Program-made: the position numbers and the translations under genes | Assembly (NCBI GenBank): GCA_963713895.1 | Contig: OY970210.1 | Coordinates: forward strand, 1,544,310-1,608,309 | Source: an uncultured Solirubrobacterales bacterium | GTDB taxonomy: Bacteria > Actinomycetota > Thermoleophilia > Solirubrobacterales > Solirubrobacteraceae | Reading direction: 5' to 3' | DNA length: 64,000 nucleotides | Notes under the pieces: generated by a model | What the model was told of the DNA's origin: nothing | What the model saw: the letters and a program-made list of their open reading frames with translations, nothing else | Database searches by the model: none | Shown here: positions 8,409-17,398 of the stretch, one piece after another | How positions within the stretch are numbered: the first letter of the stretch is position 1 | Layout: the number at the start of each line of letters is the position of its first letter

Positions 8409-9974
8409 TCAGCCGGCGCGCGGCGCGAGCGTCACGAGCATCGCGCTCGCCGGCTCGAGCACGACGGTGAACTTGCCGTCGGCCTCAGCGAGCGCTGTGG
8501 ACCGGGGTGTCGGCAGGGTGCCGTTCTGGCGCAGCGCGACTCCGCCGAGAGCGGTCCCCTGTAGGGCGCCGGCGGAGGGCGCGCTCAGCCGCAGCGCCGT
8601 GGCGCGTCGATAGGAGGAGCCGACCTCGAGCGTCACCGTGGCGGGCCGGGGTGCGCCCGCGGCGTGAGGAGAGGCTGTGCCGGCGCTCGCGGTTTCCATG
8701 TCGTCGATCACGACATGCATCGCACGGTCGGGAGCGCGGAGCGCGAACGCGGCGATGTTGCGCGAAGTATGCAGCGACAGCGGCATGAAGGCGTCGCCCT
8801 CGAGCGAGTGCAGCAACAGCAGCGCGTAGTACTCGGGCCGCGCGGTCAGCTGGCCGTCGGCGAGCGTGCACAGCGGCGAGTACCAGGGCGAGAGCAGCGT
8901 GCCGCCCGCTTGGCAGGACCCCAGTCCGCTGGTGAAGTTGACCGCGGCCACCCCTTCGCGTGCTGCGAGCAGCGCCGCGTCCAGCGCCCACAGCGCCGCG
9001 GCGAAGGTGTCGCTCGTGCCCGGCTGGCCCCCGCAGGCCACCGAGCCGAGCTCGTCGATGTGCAGCGGCAGCGCGTGGCTTGCGGCCGTGGCCGCCAGTT
9101 CCCCGATCCGCTTGGTCTCGCTCTGCTGCACCGCGCCGCTCAGCAGTTGCGCGATCGAGGGGCCGTGCGGCAGCAGGCGCTCGGAGCGGCAGCGGTCGAG
9201 CGGGTAGAGATGGGCGCTCAAAGCCGCGACGCTCGAGCCCTCCGTGGCCGCGTATGCCTGCAGCCAGTTCCCGGTCGCGCTCTCGGGGCCGACGAGCGGC
9301 GCCGACACCCCCGCAGCGGCCAGCGCGCCGCGCATCTTCGCGAGTTCGCCCTGGTAAGCGGAGAAGCCCCAGCCGCTCGGGCGCAGCGGGTGGCTCCCAA
9401 GCACCGACCTGAACGGTTCGGCGGGCGGCATCGTGTAGAGGTCGGGCTCGTTGCCGATCGCGAGCCCGGCCAGTGACGGGCCGAGAATCGAGCTGGCCGC
9501 GCCGGCCTCTTCGGCGAGCCTTGCCGGATCGGGATGTCCGAGGTCGAGCCCGAGAATCAGCCGCCAACCGGTGGCGCTCATCAGGCTCGCCAGATGGTGC
9601 AGGTCTGCCGGCGAAACCGTCGTGATCGCCCACGGCGCCGGCGTGGCGGGCGCCGGCAGCCACTGCGTGTGATCGACCGAGTCGCCCGATACGCGCAGCA
9701 CCCCCTTGCCCAGACCCGACAGCAGGTTCGCGAGCTCGGGCGAAGCCGATTCGATCGCCGGCAGGTGCAATGCCGGCGTCTCGAGTGACAGCCCGAGAAA
9801 GTCCGCTGGGATGGTCGGTCCGAGCTGCGAGCCGATGCTCACGCTCAGCGGCGGTTCGGGCGAGCCGACGGACTGCGCCGAGCGTGCCTCGGCGCCCGCG
9901 CAGAGATGGGCCAGCATGCTGGCGACAGTGACGATCAGGACCCCGAGGCGGCGTGAGCGCACAGAGCGGCACAT
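8409..9974 (-). CDS. Secreted glycoside hydrolase family 79-like (beta-glucuronidase/heparanase clan A)
   Basis: Signal peptide; FLGLSLE, LRVSGD, IGNEPDLY acid/base motif, IDELGS putative nucleophile. Confidence 0.8.
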   Translation of the reverse strand: MCRSVRSRRLGVLIVTVASMLAHLCAGAEARSAQSVGSPEPPLSVSIGSQLGPTIPADFLGLSLETPALHLPAIESASPELANLLSGLGKGVLRVSGDSVDHTQWLPAPATPAPWAITTVSPADLHHLASLMSATGWRLILGLDLGHPDPARLAEEAGAASSILGPSLAGLAIGNEPDLYTMPPAEPFRSVLGSHPLRPSGWGFSAYQGELAKMRGALAAAGVSAPLVGPESATGNWLQAYAATEGSSVAALSAHLYPLDRCRSERLLPHGPSIAQLLSGAVQQSETKRIGELAATAASHALPLHIDELGSVACGGQPGTSDTFAAALWALDAALLAAREGVAAVNFTSGLGSCQAGGTLLSPWYSPLCTLADGQLTARPEYYALLLLHSLEGDAFMPLSLHTSRNIAAFALRAPDRAMHVVIDDMETASAGTASPHAAGAPRPATVTLEVGSSYRRATALRLSAPSAGALQGTALGGVALRQNGTLPTPRSTALAEADGKFTVVLEPASAMLVTLAPRAG

Positions 9975-10807
9975 CAGGCGCGCGCGCCCGCGGACAGCCC
10001 GACCAGCTCGGCGCTGCGCTCCCACAGCTCCGCGGCGAGCGTCTCGTCCTGCGCCTGGGCGCTCGGGGACCGCACCTGCTCGTCCTGGACGTAGGCGCCG
10101 GTCAGGCCTGCGGCCTGCTCGGAAAGCGCCAGCCACTCGAGCGAGCGCGCGCCACGCTCGGGCGAGCGAAAGAACGGACCGGCGAGCGTCGTCAGGACCT
10201 TCCAGATGCCGTTCTCGTTCTTGCCGAAGCCCGTTCGCACGACGCCGGGGTGAAAGCAGTTGGCGTGCAGCTCCGGCGCCCGCCTCGCCAGCTCGCGGGT
10301 GAACAGGATGTTGCAGAGCTTCGTCGTGCCGTACACGCGCATGGCGCCATAGCCGTGCTCGGACTGCAGGTCTTCGAGATCCAGGCGCCCGCCCGTGTGG
10401 GCGTCGGAGGCCGTCGTGACGACGCGCCCGCCGTTCAGGCGATCGCGCAGCAGGTTGGTGAGCAGAAACGGCGCGAGGTGGTTGAGCGCAAAGGTGCGCT
10501 CGAAGCCCTCCGCGGTGTCACGCCGTGAGGCGAACAACGCGCCGGCGTTGTTGGCGAGCACGTCGATCTGCTCGTAGCGGCTCCTGGCCGTCTCGGCGAG
10601 CGCGCGCACGTCCGTCATCAGCGTCAGGTCGGCGACGTGCTCGTGAACGGGCGCGCCGCCACCTGCGGCCCGAGCCCGTCGCGCCGTGTCGCTCACGCGC
10701 TCGCGATCGCGGCCCACCAGCGCCAGCTCGACGCCGCGCCCGGCCAGCGCGACCGCGGCGGCCTCGCCGATGCCGCGCGTGGCGCCGGTGAGCAGCGCGA
10801 AGGTCAT
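9974..10807 (-). CDS. SDR oxidoreductase, retinol-dehydrogenase-like
   Basis: TGATRGIG, NNAG, FALNHLAPFLLT, YGTTK, HPGVVRT. Confidence 0.93.
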   Translation of the reverse strand: MTFALLTGATRGIGEAAAVALAGRGVELALVGRDRERVSDTARRARAAGGGAPVHEHVADLTLMTDVRALAETARSRYEQIDVLANNAGALFASRRDTAEGFERTFALNHLAPFLLTNLLRDRLNGGRVVTTASDAHTGGRLDLEDLQSEHGYGAMRVYGTTKLCNILFTRELARRAPELHANCFHPGVVRTGFGKNENGIWKVLTTLAGPFFRSPERGARSLEWLALSEQAAGLTGAYVQDEQVRSPSAQAQDETLAAELWERSAELVGLSAGARA

Positions 10808-10877
10808 GGCACGGACGACGGCGCCGCGGTCATGAGCAGGACTCTACAACCGCCTCTCAACGTGACACGCTGTCGAG

Positions 10878-12770
10878 GTGCCGTTGCGGGACACGAGCAA
10901 GGGACACGAGCGGCCGTCACGGCCGTCACGGGACGCCGCCGGCTCGAGTCCGGCTCCGCGCGCTCCCACCACCGCCACGCTCGACAGGGATCGGGGTCCC
11001 GCTGCGCGACGACAGGCCATCGTGGAGCGGCCGAGCGGTCGCTCGCGCACGCTCGCGCTGGGGGCCGCGCGTGCTCTCGCCACGCGCCTGCCCTGGATCG
11101 CGACCGGTCTCGCCGCTGCGATCCCGGTGATCAGCTCGACGGTCAAAGCGGCGCGCGCCGGGTGGGTGCCGGCCGGCGATGACGGCATCATCGCCACGCG
11201 CGCCTGGGACGTGCTGACAGCACACACGCCGCTGGTCGGGCAGTACTCCGAGGCCGGCCTCGTCGTCCACGGCCAGGTCATGCACAGCGCCGGGCCGCTG
11301 CTCTACTGGCTACTCGCGCTGCCCGCGCGTTTCGGCAGCGTCACCAGCATCGCGGTGACGATCGGGATCGTCAACACGCTCATGATCATCGGATGCGTCG
11401 CGCTCGCGCACCGCCGCGGCGGGCTCGTCCTGATGTTCGCCACGGCGATCGGGATCGCGCTGATGTGCCAGTCGCTCCCCGGCGAGGCGATGCACGACAT
11501 CTGGAATCCGGCGGCGGGACTATTCCCGTTCCTGCTGCTGATCTTCCTGTGCTGGTCGCTGGCCTGCGGCGACCGTCGCCTGCTGCCCTTTACCGTGCTC
11601 GTGGCGAGCTTCGTCACGCAGACCCATCTGATGTACGCGGCGCCCACCGCCGTGCTGCTCGCGGTCGGGTTCGGCGGGCTGGTGCTCGGATCGCTGTGGC
11701 GGCGGGCGCGCGCGCGCCGCCAGCAGCCGCAGCAAGCGCCGCCGCGGGTCTGGCCGTGGGCGCTCGCCGCGCTCGCGGTCGCGGCCGCGTGCTGGACCGC
11801 GCCCGCGATCGACGAGGTCGAGAGCAACCCCGGAAACCTCACGATGATCGTGCGCACGGCCGAGCACCCCGAGCCGACGCTCGGCGCGAGCGTCGGCTGG
11901 CACGCGGTCGTGCGCTCGGTCGGGTTCAGGCCGTGGTGGCTGTACGTGCCCGCGTCGGAGTGGGAGCGCAAGGCCGACGTCCGCGCCACGCCGAGCAGCG
12001 TGCAGGCCGACTCGACGCTCGCGCTGCTAGCGGCGCTGGCGCTCGTCGGGGTGCTCGCCGCCTGCGCGCGGCGCTGGGATCTGCTCGCCGCGGCGCTGAT
12101 CGCGCTCGGACTATGCGCCGCGATCGGGCTCGAGGCGGCGTCGAACCCCTCGGCGCAGCTGCTCGCCGAAACGCTCGGCTACACGATGTGGTGGGGATCG
12201 GAGCTCGGTCTGTGGGTATGGCTGGTGCTCGCCTGGTCGGTGTGGCTTGGGCTGCGGTGGCTCACCCGTCCGGCGCTCGCGGCCCTGCGCGCGCGTGTGC
12301 CGCCCGACCGGCGCGCGCTGCTCGCGCGGCTGCGCCTGGTCGGCGTCGCGCTCGCCTCGCTTCTCAGCCTCGGCGCGGTCGCCGCGGCGGGCGTCGCGGT
12401 CGCGCGCGACGCCAAGCCCGACTCGCACGTGTACGAGTACCGGCCGATCCGCCGGATCGCCGCCGGCATCGAGCGCGTGATTCCGCCACGACAGACGATC
12501 GAGTACAACCTCGGACCGCTCGACCTGGGCACTCAGCCGATGGAGCCCGCTATCCGCTTCTTTCTGGTTCGCCACGGCGACCGTCCGCTCGCCGAAGGCT
12601 CCTATCCCCGCCTCGGCGCTTACTACGAGCTGTACAAGCGGCCGTACCAGTGGGTCCTGTACCTCACTGACAGCACGCGCGCACCACGGCGGATGAGGCT
12701 GGCAGCCCGCGTCCACTTTCGCGGGCCGTGGGGCAGGGAGACCTTCAGCGCCTGGGTACGGCACGCGTAG
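10878..12770 (+). CDS. Polytopic membrane protein, possibly GT-C-like glycosyltransferase
   Basis: More than 10 hydrophobic segments; PAGDDG, H-x-GPLLYW and WNP motifs; start may be GTG near 11021. Confidence 0.7.
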   Translation: MPLRDTSKGHERPSRPSRDAAGSSPAPRAPTTATLDRDRGPAARRQAIVERPSGRSRTLALGAARALATRLPWIATGLAAAIPVISSTVKAARAGWVPAGDDGIIATRAWDVLTAHTPLVGQYSEAGLVVHGQVMHSAGPLLYWLLALPARFGSVTSIAVTIGIVNTLMIIGCVALAHRRGGLVLMFATAIGIALMCQSLPGEAMHDIWNPAAGLFPFLLLIFLCWSLACGDRRLLPFTVLVASFVTQTHLMYAAPTAVLLAVGFGGLVLGSLWRRARARRQQPQQAPPRVWPWALAALAVAAACWTAPAIDEVESNPGNLTMIVRTAEHPEPTLGASVGWHAVVRSVGFRPWWLYVPASEWERKADVRATPSSVQADSTLALLAALALVGVLAACARRWDLLAAALIALGLCAAIGLEAASNPSAQLLAETLGYTMWWGSELGLWVWLVLAWSVWLGLRWLTRPALAALRARVPPDRRALLARLRLVGVALASLLSLGAVAAAGVAVARDAKPDSHVYEYRPIRRIAAGIERVIPPRQTIEYNLGPLDLGTQPMEPAIRFFLVRHGDRPLAEGSYPRLGAYYELYKRPYQWVLYLTDSTRAPRRMRLAARVHFRGPWGRETFSAWVRHA

Positions 12771-12885
12771 GCGTGCCGGCGCGCCCGTCGCCCCGCGCGG
12801 CACCTCGGCAGGCCGCCATGACGAGCGCCATGACGGCCAGCCACAGGAGAGGAATCAGGAGTGAGAACAACACTACGATGCCCAC
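12745..12885 (-). CDS. Small single-TM protein (46 aa), not in ORF track
   Basis: GTG start; MGIVVLFSLLIPLLWLAVMALVMAACRGAARGD...; overlaps convergent gene end by 26 bp; no clear SD. Confidence 0.5.
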   Translation of the reverse strand: MGIVVLFSLLIPLLWLAVMALVMAACRGAARGDGRAGTPTRAVPRR

Positions 12886-13041
12886 CCTGACACCCGTAGC
12901 TGAAGGCGCGATTTCGGTGGTCTGAAGATTTGTTAAGGGCGTCGCCGAGACGGCGGCGGCGGTCGCGAGGCGGGCTCGACGGTAGCCGCGGGACGGCTCG
13001 GCAGCGGTCGCGAGACACCCGGTGTGTCGGTCGCGAGAAGG

Positions 13042-14955
13042 CTAGCGGCGGTCGATGCCGCGTATATGCACCAGCGGGCGCCACGGCGCCGAGGTCAGCG
13101 ACGGCGTCGCGTACCTGAGGCGCACGCGCTCTGGCGTGGCGGGCGTGTGCAGCAAGAAGCCCTGGCCGACGGCACAGTCGAGCTCGCGGGCGACGGCCAG
13201 CTGGCGCTGGGTCTCGATGCCGACCGCGACCGCGGTCACGCGGGCCTGCTTGGCGAGCGCGATCGCCGCCGCGAACATGGCGCGCTTTTCGTTGCTCTGC
13301 GCGAGGCTCGCCGTCAGCGCGCGATCGAGCTTGACGATGTCGAGCGGCAGGTTGGCCGGCATTCCCAGCGAGAACTGCTCGGAGCCGAATTTGTCGAGCG
13401 CCACCGACACGCCGAGGCGCTTGACGTCGATGAGCGCCGCACGCGCTCGCTCGGGATCGCGCAGCACCGCGTCCTCGCTCACCTCCAAACGCAGCGCCGA
13501 GGCTGGCAGGCGGTAGTAAACGAGCTCCTCGCGCACGCGCTCGGCGAGATCGAGCTCGGTCAGCTCGCGCGCGGAGATGTTGACCGACACGGGTATCGCG
13601 ATGCCGTTGCGCCGCCACGCCGCGGCCTGCGCGCACGCGCCGTGCAGGACCCAGTTGCCGATCTGCACGATCAGCTCGCTGTTTTCGACAGGTGGCAGGA
13701 ACGCCGAAGGGAGCATCTCGGCGCCGGCGCGCGCTCCGTCCAGTGGCCCGTCGGGAAGCCAGCGCACGAGCGCCTCGCAGCCGACCACCTGCCCGCCCGC
13801 GAGTCGCATGATCGGCTGGTAGGCCAGCAGCAGCTCGCGCCGGGGCAGCGCGTCGCGCAGCCGCAGCTCGATCTGCGCGTACGTGCTCAGCTCCCGGCGC
13901 AGGCTCTCGTCGAACAGCTGCACCCGCGGGCCCGGTGCGCGCTTCGCCCGATACATCGCCAGGTCGGCCTCGCGCAGCATCGTCTCGGGGTCGAGGAGAT
14001 GGTCGCGCGAGATCGAGATACCGACACTCGCGAGCATCGCCACCGTCGCGCTGCCGAGCGCGAACGGCCGGTCGAGCGCATCGAGCGCGCGCTGTGCAAG
14101 CGCGAGCGCCTCGTGGTCGCTCTCGACGTCCTCGGCCAGGATCACGAACTCATCGCCTCCCAGGCGGGCCACCGTGTCGCTGTCGCGCATCAGCTCGGCA
14201 AGGCGTTCGGAAATCGCGACCAGCAGGCGATCGCCGACGCCGTGCCCGAGGTTGTCGTTGACCGCCTTGAACCTGTCGAGGTCGATGAACAGCATCGCCA
14301 CGGCGCTGCCGCTGCGGTGCAGGCGCGCGATCGCCTGGCGCGCGCGGTCCATGAACAGCAGCCGGTTCGGCAGTCTCGTGAGCGGGTCGTGCAGCGCCTG
14401 GCGCTCGAGCCACATGCGATCCGTCACGTCCTTGGCCGTCGCGTACCAGGTGTCGCCGTCGCGACGCGCGCTCCACATCAGCCAGCGCCACGAGCCGTCG
14501 CGGTGGCGGTAGCGGCTCGTCATGTTCTCGAGCTCGGGGGTGTCGGCGTGGATAGCGGCGAGCGCCTGCTCGGCGTCGTCGGGATGGAGCAGGTCTGCGA
14601 TCGGCGCCGCGCGCAGTTCCTCGCGCGTGCGTCCCAGCAGCTGCTCCCAGGCCGGGTTCAGCAGCGTGAAGCGTCCCTCGGCCGAGATCGTCGCGAGCGG
14701 GTCGGCGGTCAGCTCGAACAGTCGCTCGATCTCGCTCGTCGAGCCGTCTGCTCCGTCGGGGCGTGCCAGGGCTGTCCCGGCGCCTCGAAGCGGAGGATCT
14801 TCCTCCGGTCTCGCTGCGCCGCGTTCCGAGTCAGCGCCCGCGTCGTCTCGCGTGGGGCTCGCGCCGGCGCCAAGGCTCCGCGCAGCGGCCCGGACGGCCG
14901 GCCGGCGCGATGTCCCGGATTCCTCGCTGCCTTGCGGATCGACGCCCATCGTCAC
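13042..14955 (-). CDS. PAS-GGDEF-EAL protein (diguanylate cyclase with degenerate EAL)
   Basis: PAS/PAC, DLDRFKAVND, RxxD I-site, RLGGDEF, EALVRW. Confidence 0.93.
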   Translation of the reverse strand: MTMGVDPQGSEESGTSRRPAVRAAARSLGAGASPTRDDAGADSERGAARPEEDPPLRGAGTALARPDGADGSTSEIERLFELTADPLATISAEGRFTLLNPAWEQLLGRTREELRAAPIADLLHPDDAEQALAAIHADTPELENMTSRYRHRDGSWRWLMWSARRDGDTWYATAKDVTDRMWLERQALHDPLTRLPNRLLFMDRARQAIARLHRSGSAVAMLFIDLDRFKAVNDNLGHGVGDRLLVAISERLAELMRDSDTVARLGGDEFVILAEDVESDHEALALAQRALDALDRPFALGSATVAMLASVGISISRDHLLDPETMLREADLAMYRAKRAPGPRVQLFDESLRRELSTYAQIELRLRDALPRRELLLAYQPIMRLAGGQVVGCEALVRWLPDGPLDGARAGAEMLPSAFLPPVENSELIVQIGNWVLHGACAQAAAWRRNGIAIPVSVNISARELTELDLAERVREELVYYRLPASALRLEVSEDAVLRDPERARAALIDVKRLGVSVALDKFGSEQFSLGMPANLPLDIVKLDRALTASLAQSNEKRAMFAAAIALAKQARVTAVAVGIETQRQLAVARELDCAVGQGFLLHTPATPERVRLRYATPSLTSAPWRPLVHIRGIDRR

Positions 14956-15136
14956 CCATCACGTCGGCGTGCGCGACTGCGATGCCGGGACCGGCTCCGT
15001 CGCGCTCGACATATCTTCTACGGAGCGGCGCCCCGCGGCGCTCTCGCGCCGTCAGAGCCGGTGCGTACCTCCGCATTTCGAAAAGTCACGTCGATGCGAC
15101 GAAAAAGTCACGGTCGAGAGCGACAATCGTCTTCAT

Positions 15137-15170
15137 TACAGACTATCCCCTGTAGTCATGGCGATGTCAA
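15137..15170. promoter_or_regulatory. Palindromic operator and minus-strand promoter between DGC and XRE genes
   Basis: TACAG-N8-CTGTA and GACTA-N7-TAGTC; minus-strand TTGACA (15170-15165) and TAGTCT (15145-15140). Confidence 0.5.
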
Positions 15171-15179
15171 GAGGCGAGT

Positions 15180-15482
15180 GTGCGCCGTGTGTCCGTCGTG
15201 GTGCCCACCAAAGCTGAGCTCGGCCTCGCCATCCGGCGTCTGCGCCGCGCGCAACACGTGACGATCGAAGACCTCGCGCACGCCGCCGACATGCACCCGA
15301 CCTACCTGTCCGGGATCGAGCGCGGCGTGCGCAACCCGACGTGGGACAAGCTGACCGGACTCTGCCTGGCGCTGGATATTCCGATCATCGAGATCGCGCG
15401 CGATGCCGAAGATGAGGCGCGGCTGGCGGCGCGCATGCGTGCCGCGAGATCCGAGCTGGGCCTCGACGACCGCTTCGAGTGA
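15180..15482 (+). CDS. XRE family HTH transcriptional regulator
   Basis: IRRLRR..TIEDLA..MHPTYLSGIERGVRNPT; start may be GTG 15198/15201. Confidence 0.9.
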   Translation: MRRVSVVVPTKAELGLAIRRLRRAQHVTIEDLAHAADMHPTYLSGIERGVRNPTWDKLTGLCLALDIPIIEIARDAEDEARLAARMRAARSELGLDDRFE

Positions 15483-15603
15483 GCCGACAGATCCGCTCAG
15501 CGCGGCCACAGCCGCATGAGCGCCCTCGCGCTGTCGCCGGACGGTCGATCGGCGCCCCGCGGACGCTTTCCGAGCCCTCCGGTGCGCCGAATACATTCAT
15601 GAC

Positions 15604-17229
15604 ATGACGCGCGGCGAGCGTTTCGCGGTGATCGACCTCGGCTCCAACTCGTTTCGGCTGGTCGTGTTCATGACCGCGGACGGCTGGTGGCGGCGCACCG
15701 ACGAGATCTACGAGCCCGTTCGCATCGGCGAGGGGATGGCGGCGACCGGGCGGCTCGGCGAGGAGCCGATGCGCCGGGCGCTCGCGACGCTCGATGTGTT
15801 CGACCAGTTCTGCCGCGCCGCCGGCCTGATCGAGTCCGCCCGGCACAGCTCCTCGGATCGCGGGTCCGGTTCGAACCCGGGTCGCGGGTCCGGTCCCGAC
15901 GCGGGTGGCGTGGCCGTTGACGCGCTTGCCACCAGCGCGATTCGCGACGCGGAGAACGCCGACGGTTTCCTGGCGCTGGCGCGCGAGCACACGAGCCTGC
16001 CGATCCGCGTGCTGAGCCGCGAGACGGAGGCGCGCTACGGCTACCTCGCCGCGGTGAACTCCACGACCCTGACGGATGGCTGCGTGCTGGATCTGGGCGG
16101 CGGCTCGCTGCAGCTCGTGCGCGTCGCCGGGCGACACGCCTGCGAGCTTGGCTCCTGGCGCCTCGGCGCCGTTCGCATGACCGAGCGCTATCTGCCCGCC
16201 AACGGACCGCCCAAGCGCCGTCAGATCGACGAGCTGCGCGAACATGTCGCGGGCGAGCTGGCCGGGGCCGAGTGGCTGCCCGCCGCCGGCCGCGCCGCCG
16301 GCGGCGGGCGCCTTGTCGGCATGGGTGGAACCGTGCGCACCCTGGCCGCCGCCGTTCAGCGCGCGAAAGCGCTGCCCTCGAACGGCGTGCAGGGCATGAT
16401 CGTGGCGCCCGCCGAGCTCGATGAGCTCATCGAACAGCTGGCCGCGCTGCCCGCGTCCAAGCGCAGCTCCGTGCCCGGCATCAAGCCCGCGCGCGCCGAC
16501 CTCGTGCTCGCCGGCGCGATCGTCGTCCAGGGCGTGATCGACGCCGGCGGCTTCGAAGGTCTCGAGGTCACGGAGGCCGGCCTGCGCGAGGGCGTCTTCT
16601 TCGAGCGCCTGCTGTCCGACCGCGACCCACCGCTGTTCACCGACGTACGCCGCCAGAGCGTGCTCAACCGCGCCGCGCAGTACCGTCACGACCGCGCCCA
16701 CACCGAGCACGTCGCGACGCTCGCCCTGGCCATGTTCGACGAGCTCGCGCGCCTCGGCCTGCATGCCGGCGACCCGCTCGAGCGGGAGCTGCTGTGGGCC
16801 GCGTGCGCGCTGCACGACGTCGGCATGTCGGTCGACTACGACGACCACCACAAGCACTCGCGCTACTTGATCCTCAACGGCGGCCTCCCGGGCTACTCCC
16901 CCAGGGAGGTCGCGATCATTGCCCAGGCGGCCCGCTATCACCGCAAGGGCATGCCCGAGCCGGGCCCGCTGGCTGCGCTGTTCGAGCCCGGCGATGCCGC
17001 GCGCCTGGACCGCTGCGCCGTGCTCTTGCGCCTGGCGGAGGATCTCGAGCGCTCGCGCGACCAGCTCGTGCGCGCCACCCGCTTCACGCCCGCCGGCGCC
17101 AACGGCAGCGGCGAGATCGAGCTGCGCCTGATCGCCGACGGCGAGCCGACGGTGCCGCGCTGGGCGGCCAGCCGCGAGCGCGAGCTGTTCGAGCGCGCCT
17201 TCCACCGCGAGCTGCTCGTCGCCGCCTGA
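15604..17229 (+). CDS. ppx: Ppx/GppA exopolyphosphatase with C-terminal HD domain
   Basis: VIDLGSNSFRL, ATSAIRDA, EARY, DLGGGSLQ, GLREG, LHDVG..HHKHS. Confidence 0.93.
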   Translation: MTRGERFAVIDLGSNSFRLVVFMTADGWWRRTDEIYEPVRIGEGMAATGRLGEEPMRRALATLDVFDQFCRAAGLIESARHSSSDRGSGSNPGRGSGPDAGGVAVDALATSAIRDAENADGFLALAREHTSLPIRVLSRETEARYGYLAAVNSTTLTDGCVLDLGGGSLQLVRVAGRHACELGSWRLGAVRMTERYLPANGPPKRRQIDELREHVAGELAGAEWLPAAGRAAGGGRLVGMGGTVRTLAAAVQRAKALPSNGVQGMIVAPAELDELIEQLAALPASKRSSVPGIKPARADLVLAGAIVVQGVIDAGGFEGLEVTEAGLREGVFFERLLSDRDPPLFTDVRRQSVLNRAAQYRHDRAHTEHVATLALAMFDELARLGLHAGDPLERELLWAACALHDVGMSVDYDDHHKHSRYLILNGGLPGYSPREVAIIAQAARYHRKGMPEPGPLAALFEPGDAARLDRCAVLLRLAEDLERSRDQLVRATRFTPAGANGSGEIELRLIADGEPTVPRWAASRERELFERAFHRELLVAA

Positions 17230-17398
17230 CCCGCGCACACGCGCTCGCGCGTATGCGCGCATGGGTCGCCGCGCGCGCACGCACGCGCGCGCCGCCTTGT
17301 GCGTGTGGGCCACGCGCGGCGCGGACGTCGCGGCACAGAGTCAGAGCGTGCCGTGATCGCAGTCGCGCGCCGGCGCCGGTGCCGCCAGGGCGAGAAGC

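Noticed and set aside
12818-12925. Plus-strand peptide (..MPTLTPVAEGAISVV) or c-di-GMP riboswitch near the cyclase
   Set aside because: No GEMM consensus visible; the minus-strand TM ORF explains the sequence better
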